Assembly (NCBI GenBank): GCA_046351675.1
Contig: JAXLYB010000002.1
Span: forward strand, 192,001 to 256,000
Origin: Myxococcaceae bacterium
GTDB lineage: Bacteria; Myxococcota; Myxococcia; Myxococcales; Myxococcaceae
Direction of reading: 5' to 3'
DNA: 64,000 nucleotides
Position 1 is the first letter of the stretch. Every line of letters starts with the position of its first letter. The position numbers and the translations under genes were made by a program. Under the pieces are notes generated by a model. That model was not told where the DNA came from. It did no database searches and saw only the letters and a program-made list of their open reading frames with translations. Below, one piece after another: positions 17,590 to 26,964 of the stretch.

Positions 17590-19965
17590 TCAGTGGGTCC
17601 AGGCGTCCGTCGCCAGGAAACCATCGATGGTCACGATGCCCGGCATCCCCGCCGTCGCGCCCGCACCCGCCCGCACGTCGATGCCCGCCGGCATGGCCAC
17701 CGTCACCGTGCTCGCGCTGTCCTGGCTCTCGATGAACACCCGCCCGCCGTTGCCGCCGAAGCCGGTCTGGAGGTCACCCGCGCCGCCCTTCGCCACCAGC
17801 ACGCCGCCGTTCACCACGTGCGTCGCCGTGAGGCTGAGCTCGCCACCGGGCGCCGGCTGCATCACCGGACCACCGCCCGCGACACCGCCCGTGACGTCGA
17901 GCTTGCCGTTGTTGGTCAGCGCCCCGAGCGCGCCCTGCAGCGAGACCGAGCCGCCCGAGCCACCGCCGAAGGTCACGCCCAACCCGCCGCGCGCGTCGGC
18001 GTCGCCGGTGTTGGTCGCGCCGTGCAGGCCGTACACGTTGATCGACCCGCCCACGCCACCCGTCAGGCCACGCCCACCCGACGCGCGCAGCACGCCGTTG
18101 TTGGTGGTGCGTTCCCACGTGCGCCGCGGAATCCAGACGCCCGACTGCGTCGTCAGGTTCAGCGAGCCGCCGTTCGCGCCGCTGCCGTTCACGCAGTCAC
18201 CGCCGTTGACCGACAGGTCGGCCTGGTTCACCACCGCGCCGCCGGGCAGTTCGGACCGGCTGCCCTGGTAGAAGTGGATGCTGCCGCCGCCGCCGGCCGA
18301 CGTCTGGCCTGCACCGCCGTTCGCCTCGAGGCCCGAGTAGCCGAGCAGGACGATCTCCGCGCCCACGCTGAGCCCCGACTCCGCCATGAACTGCACGCTG
18401 CCGCCGTTGCCGCCCGAGTCGCCCGCGCCCGCCGACGCGTTCACCGACACCGAGCTGATCAGCGAGCCCGCGCTGAGTCCGCCGTTGTACGTGCTCAGCC
18501 CAATCTGCACCACGGCCGTGCCGCCCGTGCCGCCGAACGAGCCGCTGCCGCCCGACACGTTCCACCGGCCGTCGACCACCGTCGCCGTCGTGCGGAGGTT
18601 GACGTAACCGCCGCTGCCGCCGGTGCAGCCGCCCTCGCAGGCGCCGAAGCTGCCGCTCAGGTTGCCGCCCTTCGCCGAGATGGCGACCGAGCTGTAGACC
18701 ATGCCGCCGCGCCCGAAGAGACCGCCCACCGTGTTGTCGAGCCGCACTTCGCCACCGGCACCGCCCGAGCCAGGCGTCACCGCGTCGTTGCCGTTGGCCT
18801 CGATGCTGCCCGCCGCGACCAGGTCGCCGCCGGCGGTGAGCGAGACCAGGCCGCCGCGGAAGCCGTCGTCGCCCGCGCCCGCGTTCGCGCGCACCACGCC
18901 ATTCATGAAGAGGTTGCGCCGCGCGTTGAGCGAGACCGACGCGCCGTTGGTGTTGGTGGTCGGCGTGCAGTCGATGGTGCCCTGGTGCACGAGGTCGCCG
19001 TCGGCGGCGTTCACGGTGAAGCTGATCGGCGCGGTGGCGCGCACGCTCGAGCCCGTCGCGAACACCACGTCGGCGCAGTTGAAGACCGCCGAGCCGTTGG
19101 CGCCGGTGATGACGACCGAGCCCGCGAAGCGGCAGCTGCGGTCGACGCCGACGAACGTGGGCGGCAGGGTCAGCGTGGCGCCCGCCGCGACGGTGAGGCT
19201 GGTCACGGTCGAGGGCGTCATGCCCGCGCCGCGCGCGATCGCGATGCCGCTGCCCGTCAGGTACGGCGTGCCCGCGTCGAGCGCGTCAGGCAGCTGCTCG
19301 AAGGTGAGCGTGGTGTTGCCGGTGATGTTGAGCGGCGTCGCGCCGAGCTCGGCCGCCGGCACCGTGGGCGCGGGGCGCGTCGCGTCGGCGTGCCCGGTGC
19401 GCCACACCTTGAGGTGACCGCCGTTGCTGCCGCGGTTGAAGCCGACCGTCACGCTGCCGCCCGAGCCGCCGTTGCGCAGCGAGCCCGCGCCGCCGTTGGC
19501 CTGCAGCACGTTGGTGCCCGCGTCGCCGCCGGGCGCCACGAGGCTGCCGAGCACCGCGCCGTCGTCGCCGTTGCAGACGATCTGCGTGTCGGTGACCTCG
19601 CTCGCCTCGAGCGCCTGGTTGCCCGCGATGCCGCCGTCGGCGCCGTTGTCGAGGCCGCTGGTGATGACGACGCCGCCGGTCGGGCAGCGCTGATCATCGT
19701 TCGGAATGGGCGCCTGCGTCACGAGCGACACCGCGCCGTTCGAGCCGTTGCCACCGTTCATGCCGTCGCCACCGTTGCTGCCGTTCGAGCCGTTGGTGCC
19801 GTTGGTGCCGTTGCAGATGACCTCCGTGGTCTGATCAGGAGAGATCAACCGCACGCCGCCCGCCGCGCACTCCGAGCCGGGGTCGATCTTCTCGACCGTG
19901 AACTGGTCCTTCCGGCAACCCGCAAACACCACCACCACCGCGACAGCCACGAGGGTCTTGTTCAT
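17590..19965 (-). CDS. large Gly/Asn/Thr-rich secreted lipoprotein, probably beta-helix adhesin-like (ATG at 19965; ORF-track start 20391 is an Arg-rich artefact)
   Basis: MNKTLVAVAVVVVFAGC lipobox, then NGTNGTNGSNGSNGGDGMNGGNGSNG and hundreds of residues of GxxGxxG-type repeats. Confidence 0.7.
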   Translation of the reverse strand: MNKTLVAVAVVVVFAGCRKDQFTVEKIDPGSECAAGGVRLISPDQTTEVICNGTNGTNGSNGSNGGDGMNGGNGSNGAVSLVTQAPIPNDDQRCPTGGVVITSGLDNGADGGIAGNQALEASEVTDTQIVCNGDDGAVLGSLVAPGGDAGTNVLQANGGAGSLRNGGSGGSVTVGFNRGSNGGHLKVWRTGHADATRPAPTVPAAELGATPLNITGNTTLTFEQLPDALDAGTPYLTGSGIAIARGAGMTPSTVTSLTVAAGATLTLPPTFVGVDRSCRFAGSVVITGANGSAVFNCADVVFATGSSVRATAPISFTVNAADGDLVHQGTIDCTPTTNTNGASVSLNARRNLFMNGVVRANAGAGDDGFRGGLVSLTAGGDLVAAGSIEANGNDAVTPGSGGAGGEVRLDNTVGGLFGRGGMVYSSVAISAKGGNLSGSFGACEGGCTGGSGGYVNLRTTATVVDGRWNVSGGSGSFGGTGGTAVVQIGLSTYNGGLSAGSLISSVSVNASAGAGDSGGNGGSVQFMAESGLSVGAEIVLLGYSGLEANGGAGQTSAGGGGSIHFYQGSRSELPGGAVVNQADLSVNGGDCVNGSGANGGSLNLTTQSGVWIPRRTWERTTNNGVLRASGGRGLTGGVGGSINVYGLHGATNTGDADARGGLGVTFGGGSGGSVSLQGALGALTNNGKLDVTGGVAGGGPVMQPAPGGELSLTATHVVNGGVLVAKGGAGDLQTGFGGNGGRVFIESQDSASTVTVAMPAGIDVRAGAGATAGMPGIVTIDGFLATDAWTH

Positions 19966-20060
19966 GGGCGGCGACTTGTCACGGGTGTGGGCCGCCTGTC
20001 CACGCGTCAGGCCGCTGCCGCGCGCGGCGTCGGGCGTCGCATGTTCGGGAGGCCGCCACC

Positions 20061-21221
20061 ATGCAACGCGCCGTTTCGATGGCGCTGGAGCTGTGGCGGT
20101 CGTGTCGCTGCGAGCAGCTGGCCCTGAGGCTCGAGCTCGCGACCGAACCCACCCCTGGCGCCGACATTCCCCACTTCGAAGCGCCGGCGTTCGCGCGCTG
20201 GTGGCTCGAGCGCTGCGCCGCGCGACGCTCGCGTGACGTGCCGCTGCTGGTGCGTTCGCTCGCGCCCGCCGCGTCACCGCTCTTCCTCTCGCAGCTCGAG
20301 GGGCTGGCCCGCTTTCGCGCCGACCCGCGCCTCGCCAACGGCCTGCGCGCCGCGCTCGAGCTGCACGCCGCGATGGACCTCGCCGCGCCACGCTTCCGCC
20401 CCCTGTGGCAGCGGGTCTTCAGCCTGCTCGCCGCGATGGGTGACCCGCGCACGCGCGGCTGGCTGCCGCAGCTGGTCGAGGCGCAGCGCCATTCCACGCC
20501 CGCGCACCGGCGCTGGCTGCAGTGGCAGGTCACGCGCGTCACCGGCGCGCTCCCGCTGTCGGTTCCGCCGAGGGAGCCGGTGCACCTCCCGGCGCCGCCG
20601 CCGCCACTCGCGGTGACGAGCCCCGAGGAGCGGCTGGTGTTGGCAGATCAACTGAGCGCCCGCGGCGATCCCCTCGGGGAATTCCTCGTGCTGCAGGCCG
20701 TCGAGGCCGACGCGCGCCTGGCGCCCGAGCAGTCGGCCCGGGTGCGCGCGCTGGTGCAGACCCACGGCCGGCGGTGGCTCGGCGCGCTGACGGTGGCGCT
20801 GCGGCCCGACGGCCTCCGCTTCGAGCGTGGCGCCGTCGCCGCGGGCACGCTGAGCGGCACGCACGCGCTGCGGCTCCACGGTGACCCGGCGTGGTCAGGC
20901 GTGCGCGAGCTCGACCTGCGCGCGATGCAACACACCGACGACGCCGCGCTGTGGCGCTTCCTCACGCACCCGGTGTTCGCGCGGCTCGAGGCGCTGCGCT
21001 CGGTGCCGCTGTCGTTGGCCGAGCCGCTGCGCCGCGGCCCGGTGCCGTTTCGCCTGCGGGTGCTCGGCTTCCTCGACGCGTTCTCCGCCGCCGAGCGCGT
21101 CAACCTGCTGCACGCCGAGCCGCTCGCGCACCTCGAGGTGGTCGAGTTCGCCGGCGGCTCTGACCGGTGGGAACGGCGCGGCGAGCAGTGGTCGCGGCGC
21201 AAGCACGGGAGCCAGGCATGA
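20061..21221 (+). CDS. hypothetical protein with TIGR02996-like 'repeat-companion' domain
   Basis: PEERLVLADQLSARGDPLGEFLVLQAVE matches the (Y/L)ADWLEERGDPRGEF(I/L)RLQ core of that family. Confidence 0.6.
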   Translation: MQRAVSMALELWRSCRCEQLALRLELATEPTPGADIPHFEAPAFARWWLERCAARRSRDVPLLVRSLAPAASPLFLSQLEGLARFRADPRLANGLRAALELHAAMDLAAPRFRPLWQRVFSLLAAMGDPRTRGWLPQLVEAQRHSTPAHRRWLQWQVTRVTGALPLSVPPREPVHLPAPPPPLAVTSPEERLVLADQLSARGDPLGEFLVLQAVEADARLAPEQSARVRALVQTHGRRWLGALTVALRPDGLRFERGAVAAGTLSGTHALRLHGDPAWSGVRELDLRAMQHTDDAALWRFLTHPVFARLEALRSVPLSLAEPLRRGPVPFRLRVLGFLDAFSAAERVNLLHAEPLAHLEVVEFAGGSDRWERRGEQWSRRKHGSQA

Positions 21222-21308
21222 CCCCGGACATGACCCCCGACATGACACGGGCGTGGCGTCCACGAAGGAGGCCACGCCCGAAGTCGAACCGCTCGGCTGA
21301 TCAGCTGA

Positions 21309-22829
21309 TCAGGAAGGCCACGCCGCGCCGAACGCCTGCGAGCTCAAGCCGCGCGCCTCGAAGATGCTGCGCCACTGGTCGGGCGAGTACGCGTTGGCGA
21401 CGCCCGGGTACTTCTGCGCGAGTTCCTGCGCCCGGGCCGGGGCGACGTTGCCCGCGGGCAGCGCCGCGAAGTCGGCCTCGAACGCCTTGCGGGTGGTGGC
21501 CGGCACGCCCTTCTTGAGCACGGTCTGCACGAAGAAGCCGAACTCCTTGCCGTGCTCGTTCCAGTTCACGGTGCTGTTGGGCTTGCCCGCGAGCGTGTCG
21601 TTCACCGCGCCGAGCGTCGGCTTCCAGAAGTAGTCCGGAACGTCGTCGGTGTAGGTGGTCGGCAGGTTGGTCATCGTCTTGAGCTTCTCGTCGTCGGCCA
21701 TGTACGCGGTGAGCACCTTCCCGTTCGCGTCGCAGACGGCGTACATGTTCCAGCTCTTCGAGCTGCGGCCCGGATCGCCCTCGTGGTCGTCGCTGACCTC
21801 GACGCCGTAGGTGCCGACGATGTTGACCTGCTTGACGCTCGCGCCGCCGGTCACGCCGTCCTTCGTCGCCTGGTCGATGAGCTGCTTGGCGACCTCCGGC
21901 TTGAGCGTGGTGGTGGTGAGGTCGGAGCTGACGAAGGGCTGGTTCCAGACTTCCTTGTGGCCCTTCTTCTTGTCGTTGAACACGTCGGCCACGACGCCGC
22001 CGCCGTTGTTCATCAGGTACTGCTGCGTGCCCTTGAGGAGGTCGACCGCGCTCAGGTTGGAGTCGAAGAGCTGGTTGCCGTCGTTGACGGAGATCTTGTC
22101 AGCGACCGCCATCATCCAGTTGCCGAGGTCGGCGCGCGACATGAACTGGCCGCCCACCCACAGGCCGCGCTCGCCCACCGGGCCGGGCACGTCGACGAGC
22201 TTGTCGATCTCGGTCGACAGCGACGACCAGGTCCACGCGTGGCACTTGCCCCACCAGAAGTCGGCGTCGGGGTTGAAGAAGTCCTTCGAGTTCGCCATCG
22301 CCTCGAAGCCGTCGACGCGCACGCCAAACGCCTTCGCCGCGGCGTCGAGCGCCTGGCCGGGGGAGTTCTTCTGCGCCGCCGCGAGGTCCTCGGGCTTGAT
22401 GACGCTCGACGCGGGCACGCTCGAGCCGTGGCGGTTGCGCAGCGGCCCTTCCTTCGTGGCGTCGTAGCTGCGGGTGTACGCGGGCACGTTCGACTCGCCG
22501 TGCACCTTGCCGTCGCGGCCGAGGAACACCGTGTCGTCTTCGAAGCTCGCCTTGTTGGTGCCGTTGACCGCGCGAATCACCTCGGCGTTGGCCGGGGGCG
22601 TGGGCGGGGTGATGTCACCGAGGCCGAGGAACTTCTCGATCATCGTCTTCGCCGCGGGGTCGAGCTTGTCGGCGTTGCGCGAGAGCATCGCCTTGAGCTC
22701 GGCCTTCTCACCCTTGCTCACGCCGCCGTAATCCTTGGTGGCGTCGAGCATCAGCTTCGCCTCGTCGGCGGTGATCTTGGTGTCGGTGAGGAAGCGCTTC
22801 TCGAGGTTCCGCAGGCTGGTGATGCTCAT
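21309..22829 (-). CDS. lysine-rich hypothetical protein with a possible Cys-His active-site motif (WWGKCHAWTW)
   Basis: 506 aa with no signal peptide. Its K/D/N-rich composition is atypical for this Arg/Ala-rich proteome, but codon usage is native (AAG, GAC). The N-terminal 55 aa resemble those of the protein at 51120-51974. Confidence 0.7.
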   Translation of the reverse strand: MSITSLRNLEKRFLTDTKITADEAKLMLDATKDYGGVSKGEKAELKAMLSRNADKLDPAAKTMIEKFLGLGDITPPTPPANAEVIRAVNGTNKASFEDDTVFLGRDGKVHGESNVPAYTRSYDATKEGPLRNRHGSSVPASSVIKPEDLAAAQKNSPGQALDAAAKAFGVRVDGFEAMANSKDFFNPDADFWWGKCHAWTWSSLSTEIDKLVDVPGPVGERGLWVGGQFMSRADLGNWMMAVADKISVNDGNQLFDSNLSAVDLLKGTQQYLMNNGGGVVADVFNDKKKGHKEVWNQPFVSSDLTTTTLKPEVAKQLIDQATKDGVTGGASVKQVNIVGTYGVEVSDDHEGDPGRSSKSWNMYAVCDANGKVLTAYMADDEKLKTMTNLPTTYTDDVPDYFWKPTLGAVNDTLAGKPNSTVNWNEHGKEFGFFVQTVLKKGVPATTRKAFEADFAALPAGNVAPARAQELAQKYPGVANAYSPDQWRSIFEARGLSSQAFGAAWPS

Positions 22830-22896
22830 CGGTGTCTCCCAGGTTGAAGTGGAGCTTCTGATCAGTGAGGCAATCTGACGCGCTTCCCTAGCGCAG

Positions 22897-24543
22897 TCAT
22901 CGCTTCCCGCCCAGTCCCCGCAGCGCGTTCTGATACCGGCCCTGCGCGGGGTTCAACCGGCTGGCATGCCGGTAGGCCTCGATGGCCTCGTCCCGGCGGC
23001 TGAGCGAGAGCGCGAGGTCGGCACGGAAGGCCCACGCGTCTTCGCACTGCGGGTCGCGCGCGCACGCGTCGGCCAGCGCCTCGAGCGATTTCTCGGCGGC
23101 GAAGTCGGGGTTCAGCCGGAAGCGGGCCAGCGCCAACCACGCCAGGGTGCGGCCGGTCGGCTCGATGTCGGCGGCGTACTCGAAGTGTTCCACCGCGCTC
23201 TTCACCTGGCCCTGCTCGAGCCGCTTCTTGCCCTCGTCGAACTGCGACTTCGCGTCGAGCAGCTCGGTGCGAATCTTGAAGTGCTCCGCGGCGCGCGACG
23301 GGTCAGGCCCACCCTTCTTCTTCGCGAGCGCGTTTTCCCGCCGCTTGCGGTGCAGCGCGTGCTGCTCGGGCTCGACGAGGGCTCCGTAGGCGCGGGCGTA
23401 CGCGAGCAGCAGCTGCTCGGCCCGGTTGCGCGCGTCGGGGTGGTGGAACTTCGCCGGCGAGAGCGCGTTGGCCTTCGCGAGGAAGGCGGTGCTCAGCGAG
23501 GCGATGGGCGTCTCGGGCGTCACCGCGAGGAGGTCGAACGCGTCCTTGCTGCGGTACGCGAGGAACTCGGTCGCCAGCGCCGAGAGCAGCGCCTCGTCGT
23601 CGACCGGTTTGGGCGCGGCGACGGGTGGAGAGGCGGCGGGCGCGGGAATCGGCTCGACCGGGAGCTGCGTGAGCCCCGACGGACTCGAGCGCTTCGGCCG
23701 CGCGTCAGCCACCTTCGCGTCGTCGACCAACTCGAGCACGCACAGCGCGTAGAGCTTGCGGCGCAGGTCGTCGCGCTGGGTGTTCGGCAGCGAGAGCACC
23801 GTCGCCACCGTGGGCCGCTTCTTGAGCGCCTGCACCAGCCGCAGGTCCTTCGCGGGGAGCTTCAGCTCTTCGCTCACGTCGTCGACCAGCAGCGCCAGCA
23901 CCTGGTCGTCGGGCAGCTTGAAGTGCGCGTCGAGCAGCTCCACCGGCAGCTGCGCCGCGCCGAGGTACACCAGCTGCGCGGTGTTCATCTTGATGGGCGT
24001 CAGCACCTCGTCGAGGTCGACCAGCTTCCACTTCGCCTCGACCCAGCGAAACGCGTCGAGCAGGGTGTGCGCGAGGTTCTGCTGCAGCAGCTTGAAGAGC
24101 TCGAAGCTGTTGATCAGCTTCTTCTCGACCACCAGCAACTGGAGCGGCTTGCCCACCGCCGCGCTCTCGGCGTTCAGCGCGTGCAGCTGCTCGTCGGTGA
24201 GCTTGCCCTTCGCGACCAGCGCCTTGCCGAACGTCTCGTGGAGCAGGTTCGACTCGCAGCCCACCGGCACGCCGTTCTCGAAGTGCACCCGCTTCTCGAG
24301 GTTGCGCAGCTTCAGCTCGAGCGTGCACGAGCGTTCCTCGCTCAGCAGCGCGTGGAGGAGCAGCGGCAGCGGCGTCTCGTGCAGCGTTCCACTCTTCGCG
24401 CGAACGACCTCGCGCCGTGGGGTGAACACGGGCCGAAGTGTACCCCCGAAGCGCGGAGAACCAGCGTTCACGCCACGGCCTGCAGCACCCTGTCGCACCC
24501 CACCCATCATTTTGCGCAGTGGGCAAACTTGCACAGTGGGCAC
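22897..24543 (-). CDS. DUF4388 domain protein with C-terminal TPR repeats (start uncertain, possibly at MMGG 24507)
   Basis: The TLHETPLPLLLHALLSEERSCTLELK segment is typical of DUF4388. The C-terminal helical repeats are TPR-like. Confidence 0.65.
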   Translation of the reverse strand: MPTVQVCPLRKMMGGVRQGAAGRGVNAGSPRFGGTLRPVFTPRREVVRAKSGTLHETPLPLLLHALLSEERSCTLELKLRNLEKRVHFENGVPVGCESNLLHETFGKALVAKGKLTDEQLHALNAESAAVGKPLQLLVVEKKLINSFELFKLLQQNLAHTLLDAFRWVEAKWKLVDLDEVLTPIKMNTAQLVYLGAAQLPVELLDAHFKLPDDQVLALLVDDVSEELKLPAKDLRLVQALKKRPTVATVLSLPNTQRDDLRRKLYALCVLELVDDAKVADARPKRSSPSGLTQLPVEPIPAPAASPPVAAPKPVDDEALLSALATEFLAYRSKDAFDLLAVTPETPIASLSTAFLAKANALSPAKFHHPDARNRAEQLLLAYARAYGALVEPEQHALHRKRRENALAKKKGGPDPSRAAEHFKIRTELLDAKSQFDEGKKRLEQGQVKSAVEHFEYAADIEPTGRTLAWLALARFRLNPDFAAEKSLEALADACARDPQCEDAWAFRADLALSLSRRDEAIEAYRHASRLNPAQGRYQNALRGLGGKR

Positions 24544-24564
24544 GTTTCATGGTCTGACCACGCC

Positions 24565-25224
24565 ATGACCCGCCGACCCCCGCCCCGCCCCTCCGCGCCC
24601 CAGCCGGGCTTGCGCGAGCGCAAGAAGCAGTCGCTGCGCGGGGAGCTGAGCCTCGCGGCGCTGCGCCTGGCCAAGCAGCACGGCCTCGAGCGCGTGCGCA
24701 CCGACGACATCGTCGACGCGGTGGGCGTGTCGCGGCGCACCTTCAGCAACTACTTCGCCAACAAGTACGAGGCGCTGGCCGACCGCGGCGTCGAGCGGGC
24801 CCAGCAGTCGGCCGAGGTGCTCCGCAGCCGCCCCCGCGACGAGCCGCTGTGGCCGGCGCTCACCGCGGCCCTCATCGCGCCGTACGAGCAGCTGGTGCTC
24901 AACGATTCCCCCGAGAGCCGCGAGGCGACGCTGCTGGTGTTCGACCACCCCTCGGTGCGCGCCGAGCTGTGGAAGGGTGAGCACGCGGCGCAGCAGGCGC
25001 TCGCTCAGGCCATCGCCGAGCGCACCGGCCTCGACCTGCACAAAGACCTCTACCCGGCCCTCGTCGCCGCGACGGCCGTCACCGCGGTCACCACGGTGCT
25101 CGAGCGCTGGCTGCGGCACAAGCGACCGCCGCCACTGCTCCCCCAGCTTCGCGACGCGCTCGCGCAGCTCGAGCACGGCCTGCCCGAGCCCACCCGCCGC
25201 CGCCACCCGAGGAGGTCCACGTGA
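24565..25224 (+). CDS. TetR/AcrR family transcriptional regulator
   Basis: HTH LERVRTDDIVDAVGVSRRTFSNYFANKYEAL. Only the last 220 codons of the 752-aa track ORF are real. Confidence 0.85.
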   Translation: MTRRPPPRPSAPQPGLRERKKQSLRGELSLAALRLAKQHGLERVRTDDIVDAVGVSRRTFSNYFANKYEALADRGVERAQQSAEVLRSRPRDEPLWPALTAALIAPYEQLVLNDSPESREATLLVFDHPSVRAELWKGEHAAQQALAQAIAERTGLDLHKDLYPALVAATAVTAVTTVLERWLRHKRPPPLLPQLRDALAQLEHGLPEPTRRRHPRRST

Positions 25225-26072
25225 AGCCTGGAACCGAGAGTCAAACCGCGGTGATGGTCGCCGCCGCCCGCGCCGCAGCACACGGCCGCACGAGCGTCGG
25301 CCGCTTCGCCGACCCCACCGTGCTGACGCTGTTGCCCCACGACGCCCGTCAGCGCGTCGAGCAGCTGCGCAGCGGGGCGACGCCGCACGGGCTCCGCGAG
25401 CGGCTGGGGCGCAAGATGCTCGAGGGCCGCGTGAAGATGATGGTGCCGCGCACGGTGGCCATCGACGACGCGATTCGCGCCGCCGCCGCGCCGCAGGTGG
25501 TGATTCTCGGTGCCGGGCTCGACGGTCGCGCGTGGCGCATGCCCGAGCTGGCCGACGCCACCGTCTTCGAGGTCGACCACCCCGACTCGCAGCGCCGCAA
25601 GCAGGAACGGGCCGCGACGCTCACCCCCACCGCGCGCGAGCTGCGCTTCGTGCCCGTCGACTTCACGCGCGACCGGCTCGACACCGCGCTCGCTGCCGCG
25701 GGCCACGACGCCACCCGGCCGACCACCTGGGTCTGGGAAGGCGTGGTGATGTACCTCGAGCGCGCCGACATCGAGGCCACCCTGCGGGTGCTCCGCGAGC
25801 GCTCGGCGCCTGGCAGCCACCTCGTCATCCTCTACACGTCGCCCTCGCTGGTGCGGAAGTTCGCCGGCCTGGTGCTCGGCCTGCTCGGGGAACCGTTTCG
25901 CTCGGCGTTCACCGCCCGGCAGATGCGTGGCTTGCTCCACGGCTTCGGCTTCGAGGTGGCGCACGACGACGACCTCGCGACGCTCGCGCAGCGCCTGGCG
26001 TCCGAGCCGTCGAGCCTCTTCAAAGACGTTCGGCTGGTCACCGCCACCGCCCGGAGGAATGAAGTGGTGTAG
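25221..26072 (+). CDS. class I SAM-dependent methyltransferase (TIGR00027/Ppm1-like O-methyltransferase)
   Basis: GTG start overlaps the TetR stop. The VVILGAGLDGRAW and FEVDHP motifs are present. Confidence 0.8.
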   Translation: MKPGTESQTAVMVAAARAAAHGRTSVGRFADPTVLTLLPHDARQRVEQLRSGATPHGLRERLGRKMLEGRVKMMVPRTVAIDDAIRAAAAPQVVILGAGLDGRAWRMPELADATVFEVDHPDSQRRKQERAATLTPTARELRFVPVDFTRDRLDTALAAAGHDATRPTTWVWEGVVMYLERADIEATLRVLRERSAPGSHLVILYTSPSLVRKFAGLVLGLLGEPFRSAFTARQMRGLLHGFGFEVAHDDDLATLAQRLASEPSSLFKDVRLVTATARRNEVV

Positions 26073-26084
26073 GACTGCCTGCGA

Positions 26085-26964
26085 GATGTTGCTCGACGCC
26101 GCCACCCTGTCCCGCATCGCCGGTCTCAAGCTGCGGGCCCGCGCGGTGGTCGAGGGCGTGCTCTCGGGCCTCCACAAGTCGCCGCACCAGGGCCAGAGCG
26201 TGGAGTTCGCCGAGCACAAGGAATACGCGCCGGGCGACGAGCTCCGTCACCTCGACTGGAAGGCGTTCGGCAAGTTCGACAAGTACTACGTCAAACGCTT
26301 CGAGCACGAGACCAACCTCCGCGCGGTGATGGTGGTCGACACCTCGGGCTCGATGGCGTTCGGCACCACGGGCTTGAGCAAGCTCGACGTCAGCCGCGTG
26401 ATGGCCGCGACGCTGAGCCACCTGCTGGTGCGGCAGCAAGACGCCGCCGGTGTCGCGCTCGTGGCGCAGGGCCGCTTCGCCGAGATTCCCCCGCGCGCGG
26501 CCGCCACCCACCTCGGCGCGGTGCTCGACGCGCTCGAGGGCGCGAAGGCGTCGGGGCCGACCGACCTGAGCGCCGCCGCCGACACGCTCGCCGAGAAGCT
26601 GCCGCGCCGCAGCCTGGTGTGCGTGTTTTCTGACTTCTTCGACGAGCGGGCCGACGCGCTGAAGCGGGTGCTGGCGCTGCGCTCGCGCAAGCACGACGTG
26701 GCGGTGTTCCACCTCGTCGACCCGGCCGAGCTCACCTTCCCGTGGGAAGACCCGACGCTCTTCCTCTCGATGGAAGACGAGCGCCGCGTCGAGGTGAACC
26801 CGCGGGAAATCAAGGAAAGCTACCTCGAGGAGTTCAACAAGTTCCTCGACCAGACCCGCGACGCGTGCCGCGCGGCCGACTGCGACTACCAGCTGGTGCG
26901 CACCGACGAGGCGATTGATCAGGCGCTGCTCAGGTTCCTCGCGCGCCGCGGGGGCCGCCTGTGA
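26085..26964 (+). CDS. DUF58 domain protein (MoxR/BatA-associated); alternative start 26059
   Basis: Canonical DUF58 N-terminus: LLDAATLSRIAGLKLRARAVVEGVLSGLHKSPHQGQSVEFAEHKEYAPGDELRHLDWK. Confidence 0.8.

Noticed and set aside
17470-20127. 885-aa + strand ORF
   Set aside because: Antisense to the Gly-rich lipoprotein gene. Translation is an Ala/Arg/Val mirror of the poly-Gly repeats.
22966-25224. 752-aa + strand ORF
   Set aside because: Only the final 220 codons (from ATG 24565) form a TetR regulator. The upstream 530 codons are antisense to the DUF4388/TPR gene.
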